This document shows, piece after piece, positions 15,557 through 21,514 of a stretch of 22,928 nt of DNA. The stretch is taken from the IMG/VR virus record IMGVR_UViG_3300045988_094583, positions 1-22,928 of that record; one strand, 5' to 3'. A model generated the notes under the pieces. That model was not told the origin of the DNA. It did no database searches and saw only the letters and a program-made list of their open reading frames with translations. The position numbers were made by a program, and so were the translations under genes. Positions within the stretch are counted from its first letter, which is position 1. Each line of letters opens with the position of its first letter. This stretch comes from a virus.

Positions 15557-16525
15557 CTAGTATTTGCCGCAAGCAGGCCCAAATTTGGCTTTGCCGTTAT
15601 TTCGGGGCCTAGTCAAGAATGGCTTGTGTCTATCAACGGGGTTCTTGCTCATTTCAAACTGTCGTTGGTCTTCTTCCTGCTGTGCTACTGTTTTAATTCC
15701 GTTTTGTGCCCAATTTTTCAAGATTGCTTCAACGTATCCAAAAGAGCGTTTAGAATTATCGGCTGCTTTGTCAATGGCTATCTTGATTAATTCTGTTTCC
15801 ATACCATCAACAAATTGATAGGCTTCGAGTCTTTGTAGTTGCGAACCACTTAACACCCCGATTTGTTCTTGATAGTACTCAGCAAGGTTGAAATCTACAT
15901 TTTTGCCTGATGTTTCAGAATCAATTAAGCCAGATAAATCATTAGGATTGTGAGCAGTAGCAGAAGAAGATAGCTTTTTATTCTCTTCTACTTCTACTGC
16001 TTTATATTCACTTAGGTTAGATTCACTTTTATTCTCTTCCACTGACTTACCTTTACTTATATTGTCTTTACTTATATTATCTTTACTTATATTGGGGCAA
16101 CCAGTGGTTGTCATTTGGTTGTCATTTGGTTTACCAGTGGTTGTCATTTGGTGAGAATTTTCTGAAACATCGGAAGTTGAGTTATAAGTTATTGCTTGAC
16201 TATTGGATTCTTCAACGTCATTTTCTAATAATTTCTTGTAAACACTAGGAACATATCTATCCTTTCTGATAATGTTCTGTTTATGGAAATCGACCACGAA
16301 ATAAACCATTTCATCATTAAGAGGTTTTACGAATTGCTTGATAACTAGAAGTCCTAAGTTATCCTCGTTAGCTCCTATCATTCTAAGAATAGGGAATGCT
16401 TCCACCACTCCATCATCGTCGCAATTTTGGATGAGGTGAAAATAAAGAGCTTGTGCTTCTAGGGGTAGACGTAAGAAACGATGCGTTTGAGTAACAGTTT
16501 TACTTATCATTCTACGGTTTCCCAT
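15557..16525 (-). CDS. Replisome organiser / DnaD-domain replication initiator
   Basis: N-terminus FLRLPLEAQALYFHLIQNCDDDGVVE (phage replisome-organiser type). C-terminus FGYVEAILKNWAQNGIKT (DnaD domain). The low-complexity linker is encoded by DNA iterons. AGGAGG SD. Confidence 0.85.
   Translation of the reverse strand: MGNRRMISKTVTQTHRFLRLPLEAQALYFHLIQNCDDDGVVEAFPILRMIGANEDNLGLLVIKQFVKPLNDEMVYFVVDFHKQNIIRKDRYVPSVYKKLLENDVEESNSQAITYNSTSDVSENSHQMTTTGKPNDNQMTTTGCPNISKDNISKDNISKGKSVEENKSESNLSEYKAVEVEENKKLSSSATAHNPNDLSGLIDSETSGKNVDFNLAEYYQEQIGVLSGSQLQRLEAYQFVDGMETELIKIAIDKAADNSKRSFGYVEAILKNWAQNGIKTVAQQEEDQRQFEMSKNPVDRHKPFLTRPRNNGKAKFGPACGKY
16051..16151. repeat. Iteron cluster, putative phage origin of replication inside the initiator gene
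   Basis: CTTTACTTATATT occurs three times at 15-bp period (16051, 16066, 16081). TTGTCATTTGG occurs three times (16108, 16119, 16141). ACCAGTGGTTGTCATTTGG occurs twice (16100, 16133). Confidence 0.6.
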
Positions 16526-16598
16526 TTTCGCCTCCTGTATAATTGTATTTCTGATTATCTGCCATATTCAATGCCTGCCCTCCCACCACTTCAATTAT

Positions 16599-16919
16599 TT
16601 AATTAATTATTTTTCTCAAAAATGCTTTGATTTCGTCTTTTGTAACTTCGTTACGTTCTGTGCGTTCGAAGTCCGAGCCGTCAAGTTTAGTTACGTTGTA
16701 TTCGACTTCTACGATAAGCACTTCACAGCCAAACACTTCAGCGAGCTTGTCAAGATCGTTTTTTTGTTCTTCGTATGGTTCAAGCGGCAGAAATAGAGCA
16801 CCAATTAAATCAGTAGTGAAACCAGCTTCGAAAGCCAGAGTGCCTCTGTCTTTGTATTTCCCAAGGAATGCATCTTTTTCAGCACTGTAAAATACGACTT
16901 GTTTGTTATTCTCTTTCAT
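16599..16919 (-). CDS. Hypothetical protein (106 aa, acidic)
   Basis: GAGGAA SD. Starts 5 nt after the stop of the LPXTG gene. Confidence 0.6.
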   Translation of the reverse strand: MKENNKQVVFYSAEKDAFLGKYKDRGTLAFEAGFTTDLIGALFLPLEPYEEQKNDLDKLAEVFGCEVLIVEVEYNVTKLDGSDFERTERNEVTKDEIKAFLRKIIN

Positions 16920-16924
16920 GGTTG

Positions 16925-18763
16925 TTATTCCTCACCTTCGTTAAACTTCTTAAATCCAAGAGTTAGAGCAGCGATGCCGGCTGCAATGACTACGAGTCCA
17001 AGAGTGCTAGCAATTCCTTCTTTCTCACCAGTGTTTGGAAGAGTGCCACCGTAAACCGTCGTATTTGGTGCCTTATTTGGCTCAGAATCGTTTTTATACA
17101 CAACCTCGGTAATTTCTACCTCTTTTGTTTTCGGAGCGTCTACGGGCTTGTTAGGGGTATTTTCTGACGGTGTAGTTGGTTTAACTGGTTCATCAGGAAT
17201 TTCGATAATCAACTCAGGTTTATCGAGGATTGGAGCTTCATTAGGTACTACCCCTCCAGACCATTCTGGCTTATCAATGCTAGGTGCATCGAATGGAGTA
17301 GTTCCGCCATTCCATTCGGGTTTATCATACTGTGGCGCATCATTCGGGATAACGCCACCGTTCCATTCAGGCTTATCGTATTGTGGAGCGTCAAACGGTA
17401 CTGTTCCACCATTCCACTCCGGTTTTTCCAAAACCGGTGCATCGTTAGGCACTGTACCGATTGGTTCAGTGTATTCTGGTTTCACACGTTCTTCTGGAAT
17501 CCCTGGGATACCACCTTGGAACTCAGGAATTTCAACTTTTGGAGCTTCACGAGGAATTTCAAACGTTGGCTCCGGTTTGTTCTCGCCTGATGCATCGCCT
17601 TTACCACCGACAAGTTGAACATAACTGTATGAGATAGCACCGTCTGACTCAGCTTTCAACTCAACCTTATTGGTTGGGTTAGTTGAGTCTTTTACTGCAT
17701 TTGTTAGTTTAGTCTTGTACCAGATGTAAACCATGCGGTCTAATCTGTCCATTTTAAGCTCGAAGCCATGTTCAGACTTGCTGATTGATTTAACGAGTTC
17801 CATTGCTGAGCCTTTATCAATCCAAGGATCAGTGCTGTCGATATAATTCATGACAAAGTAGTCATCAACTAATTTCTGATTGTCTGACATGGTATCAATC
17901 AATGTCACATAATTAAGGACACGTCTAGCATAGTTCAAACGAACAGTCCAGTTGATAACAGTTGGGTCATTCTCGTCTTGGCTGCCCCATTTAGAAAGTA
18001 ATTCATCTTTACCGATTTCTTGCTCTTTTCCAATGTTTACAGTAACCACCGTACCATTGAAATTAACGTTAACTGGCTTGCCACTTTCAACCTTGTCAGT
18101 CCACTTAGCATCGAGCTTAAGACTCATTTGCTTGTTGAGTGGATGAGTAGCAAAGTAGTTATTGAATACAGTCGTAACTGTTTGTGTCTTAGGGTCAGTT
18201 GAAGCCTTACCCACAACAGCTTTTTCTGGGTTATAGACATCAAAATCATAGTTTGTTTGGAAGTTGATTTCTTTTGGAAGGTTGAATGTTACCTTATCCC
18301 CTTCGTTGATAGGCATATCATCAGGGAATTTTACGTCTTTATATTCAACGGTAAACCCTGAATACTTACCAGTTCCATTTGATTGATCAACGACAACATC
18401 TGGATTAGTTACTTTAATTTCGTTGTCTTCTTTGACAAATTCAGTAGGTTGTTTAGGTGTTTCTGCTACTGGGGCAGTAGTTTCCACTGGTTGCGCTGTT
18501 TCAGTAACTGGTGCAGTTTCAGTAACTGGTGCAGCTGCCACTGTTTCAGACGGTGTCACTGTCACGTTGCCGGCATTGTCAGCTGTGTAGACATTAGACA
18601 CCGCTGGTTGTGCATCTACCACTGGTGCAGCAGTTTCGTCCGCTGACACTGACCCAGCACCAATCAATAGAGCTGTCGCAATAGCAAGCGTGCCACACAA
18701 TCCAAATGCTTTTGATTTTACATAACCTGGTTTAGCGACTGTTTGAGTGTTAAAAGATTTCAT
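16925..18763 (-). CDS. LPXTG cell-wall-anchored surface protein, MSCRAMM-like adhesin with C-terminal 17-aa repeats
   Basis: ATG 18763 (MKSFNTQ...) has AAGGAG 8 nt upstream. Signal peptide ...ALLIGAGSVSA|DE. APVTET-type short repeats. A ~290-aa domain with Cna/Sdr-like motifs (TVTTVFNNYF, VINWTVRLNY). Repeats KPEWNGGxxPxDAPxxD. LPNTG, a hydrophobic helix and the KKFNEGEE tail. Confidence 0.85.
   Translation of the reverse strand: MKSFNTQTVAKPGYVKSKAFGLCGTLAIATALLIGAGSVSADETAAPVVDAQPAVSNVYTADNAGNVTVTPSETVAAAPVTETAPVTETAQPVETTAPVAETPKQPTEFVKEDNEIKVTNPDVVVDQSNGTGKYSGFTVEYKDVKFPDDMPINEGDKVTFNLPKEINFQTNYDFDVYNPEKAVVGKASTDPKTQTVTTVFNNYFATHPLNKQMSLKLDAKWTDKVESGKPVNVNFNGTVVTVNIGKEQEIGKDELLSKWGSQDENDPTVINWTVRLNYARRVLNYVTLIDTMSDNQKLVDDYFVMNYIDSTDPWIDKGSAMELVKSISKSEHGFELKMDRLDRMVYIWYKTKLTNAVKDSTNPTNKVELKAESDGAISYSYVQLVGGKGDASGENKPEPTFEIPREAPKVEIPEFQGGIPGIPEERVKPEYTEPIGTVPNDAPVLEKPEWNGGTVPFDAPQYDKPEWNGGVIPNDAPQYDKPEWNGGTTPFDAPSIDKPEWSGGVVPNEAPILDKPELIIEIPDEPVKPTTPSENTPNKPVDAPKTKEVEITEVVYKNDSEPNKAPNTTVYGGTLPNTGEKEGIASTLGLVVIAAGIAALTLGFKKFNEGEE
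17222..17425. repeat. Four in-frame 51-bp tandem repeats (plus two degenerate copies up to ~17539) within the LPXTG gene
   Basis: The DNA repeat ccattccattcrggyttatc... is read directly. It encodes KPEWNGGTVPFDAPQYD, KPEWNGGVIPNDAPQYD, KPEWNGGTTPFDAPSID and KPEWSGGVVPNEAPILD. Confidence 0.85.
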
Positions 18764-18771
18764 GGTATAAT
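18743..18771 (+). promoter_or_regulatory. Strong-looking plus-strand promoter antisense to the LPXTG gene start (-35 TTGAGT, 17 bp, extended -10 TGGTATAAT)
   Basis: Hexamers and spacing read directly. The -10 overlaps the LPXTG start codon and SD spacer on the opposite strand. Confidence 0.4.
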
Positions 18772-18791
18772 CTCCTTGGTGTATTTTTCTT

Positions 18792-18817
18792 GCATGGGCC
18801 CTAACCCATGCTTTTTT
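18792..18817 (+). terminator. Plus-strand intrinsic terminator in the LPXTG leader
   Basis: GCATGGG / CCCTAA / CCCATGC (7-bp perfect stem) followed by TTTTTT on the plus strand only. On the minus strand it is followed by AAGAAAAA. Confidence 0.45.
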
Positions 18818-18967
18818 AGTGCCTTCAATCCGCACCCAACGCCCACCGTGTCATGTTTTTCAATGTTTTTTTAGAAAGATAAGTGTGGGAAAAGTAAAGT
18901 TTATATTTTTGGGGAAAAGTATAAGTTACACTCTACGGTGAGCCGTGGCTACGGATTGAAGATGTTG

Positions 18968-19087
18968 CTATTTGCTATATTTCTGCTTGAGTCGTTCCTG
19001 TTTTTCTTCGGGCGTCTCCACCCACTCAAAGAAGGGCTCTGGTTGTTTCGGTTTCTTCTTGGAAAAAAGTTTTCTTAGTAGCTTCAT
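18968..19087 (-). CDS. Hypothetical 39-aa protein (MKLLRKLFSKKKPKQPEPFFEWVETPEEKQERLKQKYSK)
   Basis: Not in the track. Starts 4 nt after the upstream stop. Weak SD (TGGGGT). Confidence 0.35.
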   Translation of the reverse strand: MKLLRKLFSKKKPKQPEPFFEWVETPEEKQERLKQKYSK

Positions 19088-19090
19088 GAG

Positions 19091-19237
19091 TTACCCCACT
19101 AATTGATCTAATGGCAATCCGTGGTCAGCATTGAACTCTCTGACCTTTTCGTCAATCATTCGATGTGGACGAACTTCAAATACTTCCACTTCTTCGTTTT
19201 GTTTTTTAGACCAAATCCAATTGATAAGTTTTTTCAT
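19091..19237 (-). CDS. Hypothetical 48-aa protein (MKKLINWIWSKKQNEEVEVFEVRPHRMIDEKVREFNADHGLPLDQLVG)
   Basis: Not in the track. AAGGAG lies 8 nt upstream of ATG 19237. Confidence 0.5.
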   Translation of the reverse strand: MKKLINWIWSKKQNEEVEVFEVRPHRMIDEKVREFNADHGLPLDQLVG

Positions 19238-19250
19238 TGTTGTTTCTCCT

Positions 19251-19433
19251 TTAATTTAGAATTTCACCGTTGCTGAACACACCAAAACATGTCCCGTCTT
19301 TCATGATGACGTCAATGCCAACGTGGTGAGCACCATTTCTGTCAAAACGGATATCGTCAGTCAAGAAAGCTTTTTTAATTCCAAAGTTTTTGAAAAAAAT
19401 GACCATGCCTTTATTTGTTTTTAGGTTTCTCAT
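19251..19433 (-). CDS. Hypothetical protein (60 aa)
   Basis: ORF track entry. AAAGGAA upstream. First gene after the structured gap. Confidence 0.55.
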   Translation of the reverse strand: MRNLKTNKGMVIFFKNFGIKKAFLTDDIRFDRNGAHHVGIDVIMKDGTCFGVFSNGEILN

Positions 19434-19456
19434 GATGTTAATTTCCTTTCTGTTTT

Positions 19457-19582
19457 CCCTAACCGCACTAGAGAGCTAGTGAGGTTCATATATATTTAAG
19501 GAGACTTATGAATATCAAATCGTTGTTGCTTACTTAGTTGGTATCGTTCAGTTTCCTCACTAGCTCACTGCTACGGCTAGGG
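19457..19582. repeat. Composite imperfect inverted repeat (9-bp outer arms plus 12-bp perfect inner arms) enclosing ~70 bp
   Basis: Inner arms GAGCTAGTGAGG (19473-19484) and CCTCACTAGCTC (19555-19566). Outer arms CCCTAACCG (19457-19465) and CGGCTAGGG (19574-19582). The single mismatch in the outer arms becomes a G-U pair in minus-sense RNA. Confidence 0.6.
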
Positions 19583-19591
19583 GTGTTAATG

Positions 19592-19831
19592 TTATTTGAA
19601 TCTGTTTCTAGTTTTCCATTCGATGAAGGACTTAAACCCTTCATAGTTGATGAATACCAGTTTATGTGTTGGGTTGAATACGAACTTTTGAAAGTCTTTG
19701 TTATCCCTCATCTCTCGGACAAGGTTCTTTGCCATCGACTTCCCTAGACCTTCCCACCGCTGCATGAGGTGGTCGTAGTCTCCCCACTCAGCCGTCTCGT
19801 TAACCCCGACTGGTTTGTAGGTGATTTCCAT
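19592..19831 (-). CDS. Hypothetical protein (79 aa)
   Basis: AAAGGAG SD 6 nt upstream. No family recognised. Confidence 0.6.
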   Translation of the reverse strand: MEITYKPVGVNETAEWGDYDHLMQRWEGLGKSMAKNLVREMRDNKDFQKFVFNPTHKLVFINYEGFKSFIEWKTRNRFK

Positions 19832-19843
19832 TGGTTGCTCCTT

Positions 19844-19984
19844 TCAGGTCAACTTAGCAAGTAAGGTTAATTTCACTTCAGCATAGCCGTCCTCGGTTGT
19901 GCTTTTTATTTCAAACTCCGTAAGAGTTTGTAACTCTTGACCGTCCAAGGATACTTTATCTTCGCGGATTTTGATTTCATTCAT
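19844..19984 (-). CDS. Hypothetical 46-aa protein (MNEIKIREDKVSLDGQELQTLTEFEIKSTTEDGYAEVKLTLLAKLT)
   Basis: Not in the track. AAAGGAA lies 7 nt upstream of ATG 19984. It fills the gap between the antirepressor and the next gene. Confidence 0.5.
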   Translation of the reverse strand: MNEIKIREDKVSLDGQELQTLTEFEIKSTTEDGYAEVKLTLLAKLT

Positions 19985-20001
19985 AGCGTTTCCTTTCTGA
20001 T

Positions 20002-20727
20002 CTAAACTGTTAAGCGTTCTTGATTAAGAAACTTGTTGATGAAATACTGTTGGCCCTTGCCAGTAACCTTAGTTGTCGTGTTGGTAGTTGTATGGCCGTC
20101 AGCGTGATTAATATTTGTCTTTTTCAACTCAAACAGCTTTAAGTCCATGCTCTTTTGCGTTGGTTGATTCCAAGAATCTCCACGACGACTGATTAGATAG
20201 CCGTTAGAGCGTAGCCACTGAAAGAGCTTGTTTTGGCCGATATCAATCCCATTCTGTTTCAAGATTTTAGCCAGCTCACCAATTAGACAAGATGACTTGC
20301 TAGCACTGACAGCGTCAGCAAACAGCACTTTAGGACGGTCAGCTTCGATTTGTGCTTCTAGCTTATGGACTTTCTTATCAGCCATTAGCAACGCTCTAGC
20401 CATGATTTTCTCTGGACTGTTGAAGTCCTTTTCTACTTGGATGAAGTAAGTTCGAACTTGCTTGCCTTTATCTGTCCGCTGAATCATTGCGATTTCTTTT
20501 GCCATGTCCAACTTTAAGACGTGGTCAGTCATATCTTGTAGACCTCCAAGGGTATGACATTTTTGGGTCACCCTTAAATAGTCTTCGTTTTCAGCGAATC
20601 CATATTCTGTCATTCGCTTAAACCATTTCTTGTATTCCGTTTTAACTTCTAGTGTTTCATGGAGTTGTCTACCAGAAACAACTGGTTCATTATTTTCGTT
20701 TAATGATACGTTAATCAATTCGTTCAT
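20002..20727 (-). CDS. Phage antirepressor (AntA/ORF6N-type N-terminal domain plus KilAC/ORF6C-type C-terminal domain)
   Basis: 241 aa. SGRQLHETLEVKTEYKKWFKRMTEYGF...MAKEIAMIQRTDKGKQVRTYFI in the N-terminal part. RPKVLFADAV...IGELAKILKQNGIDIGQNKLFQWLR in the C-terminal part. Confidence 0.85.
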   Translation of the reverse strand: MNELINVSLNENNEPVVSGRQLHETLEVKTEYKKWFKRMTEYGFAENEDYLRVTQKCHTLGGLQDMTDHVLKLDMAKEIAMIQRTDKGKQVRTYFIQVEKDFNSPEKIMARALLMADKKVHKLEAQIEADRPKVLFADAVSASKSSCLIGELAKILKQNGIDIGQNKLFQWLRSNGYLISRRGDSWNQPTQKSMDLKLFELKKTNINHADGHTTTNTTTKVTGKGQQYFINKFLNQERLTV

Positions 20728-20746
20728 TGCTTGTTCCTTTCTTAAT

Positions 20747-20974
20747 TTATCGTTGCGTTTCGGGAACGGTTTGTTTAAAAAAAATACCGATTTCGTCTTT
20801 GCTATACCCTAAAAGGTCAGCTAGTGTGATAAGTTCGTCAGCAGAAAATGAGATTTTCCCATTCTCTCTCTTATTATACTGGTCACGAGCCAAACCCATT
20901 CGTTCAGCCATTTGTGCCTGCGTATAACCTTTTGCTACTCGCTCGGCTTTCACACGAAGCAAATCAACTTTCAT
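20747..20974 (-). CDS. Cro-like XRE-family HTH regulator, first gene of the lytic operon
   Basis: 75 aa. HTH GYTQAQMAERMGLARDQYNKRENG. GGAGG SD. Divergent from the CI-like gene. Confidence 0.85.
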   Translation of the reverse strand: MKVDLLRVKAERVAKGYTQAQMAERMGLARDQYNKRENGKISFSADELITLADLLGYSKDEIGIFFKQTVPETQR

Positions 20975-21005
20975 AGATTACCTCCGTTCGTTTGATTTTT
21001 ATTAC

Positions 21006-21046
21006 TTGTTCCTTAGAACAATTATAGTATATCTAAAGTGTTCCCA
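21006..21046. promoter_or_regulatory. Operator candidates in the lytic promoter region
   Basis: Palindrome TTGTTC-CTTA-GAACAA (21006-21021) lies in the cro leader. An inverted TGGGAAC copy (GTTCCCA, 21040-21046) lies in the -35/-10 spacer of the lytic promoter. Confidence 0.45.
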
Positions 21047-21054
21047 TTTGTCAA
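21026..21054 (-). promoter_or_regulatory. Early lytic promoter (-35 TTGACA, 17-bp spacer, -10 TATACT)
   Basis: Minus strand reads TTGACA-AATGGGAACACTTTAGA-TATACT, about 50 nt upstream of the cro-like start. Confidence 0.6.
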
Positions 21055-21084
21055 CACAAAAATAAAAAAAATATAAAAAAAGTT

Positions 21085-21118
21085 TATTTTTGGGAACGTA
21101 TTGTGTATTTTTGGGAAC
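21085..21118. promoter_or_regulatory. Two direct 13-bp operator-like repeats (TATTTTTGGGAAC) at 21-bp spacing, overlapping the CI promoter
   Basis: Copies at 21085-21097 and 21106-21118. They flank or overlap the -35 (21101-21106) and fill the spacer. Confidence 0.5.
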
Positions 21119-21129
21119 TGATGTATAAT
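21101..21129 (+). promoter_or_regulatory. Lysogenic (CI) promoter (-35 TTGTGT, 17-bp spacer, -10 TATAAT)
   Basis: Read directly. Lies about 30 nt upstream of the CI-like start, with an A/T tract (21055-21090) upstream. Confidence 0.55.
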
Positions 21130-21160
21130 GTATTTACTATTAAATAAAAGGAAAAAGTGC

Positions 21161-21514
21161 ATGAGAAACAACGAGGAAATTATTTCACTAATAAAAAGCT
21201 ATTTAGATAATAGTTCTATGTCGATGTCTGAACTAGCTAACAAAGCAGGGGTTTCAAAATCGACTTTATCAAGATATCTTTCTGGGAGTCGAGTGTTCCC
21301 ACTGAACAAAGCGGACGATTTCGCTAGTGCTTTAGGTTTAACAACAGAACAATTCTTAAATGTGACCCCTAGCCCGAAAGACACTGCTTCAAACGATATT
21401 GACGAGATCATAGCCAATGCCATGATGTTCGATGGTAAACCTCTTACAGAGGAAGATAAACGTGCCATTCGTGGCATAATTGCCGGCTATATGAGTAGCA
21501 AAGGGGATGTGTGA
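21161..21514 (+). CDS. CI-like XRE-family repressor
   Basis: Start chosen at ATG 21161 (MRNNEEIISL), with AAAGGAA upstream. The track start at 21128 lies inside the -10 box. HTH MSMSELANKAGVSKSTLSRYLSG. 117 aa. Confidence 0.85.
   Translation: MRNNEEIISLIKSYLDNSSMSMSELANKAGVSKSTLSRYLSGSRVFPLNKADDFASALGLTTEQFLNVTPSPKDTASNDIDEIIANAMMFDGKPLTEEDKRAIRGIIAGYMSSKGDV

Noticed and set aside
16051-17539. Short tandem repeats (15-bp, 11-bp and 51-bp units) considered as a CRISPR-like array.
   Set aside because: The repeats are contiguous with no unique spacers. They are in frame inside two long ORFs and no cas genes are present. They are better explained as origin iterons and adhesin peptide repeats.
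18822-18961. A 10-bp inverted repeat (CTTCAATCCG at 18822-18831, CGGATTGAAG at 18952-18961) flanking the region upstream of the adhesin gene, as a possible invertible phase-variation switch.
   Set aside because: By my rough estimate, several 10-bp inverted repeats within 200 bp are expected by chance in a window this size. No invertase or recombinase gene is nearby, and no clear promoter lies inside the segment.
304-19566. Apparent over-representation of the 9-mer CTCACTAGC (304-312, 3979-3987, 8298-8306, 19556-19564, and inverted at 19475-19483) as a dispersed regulatory motif.
   Set aside because: Two copies are in-frame Ala-Ser-Glu codons (GCT AGT GAG) inside structural genes. The whole window is unusually rich in GCTAG/CTAGC words, so the background expectation is inflated. 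Only the two non-coding copies are mentioned, under their own findings.
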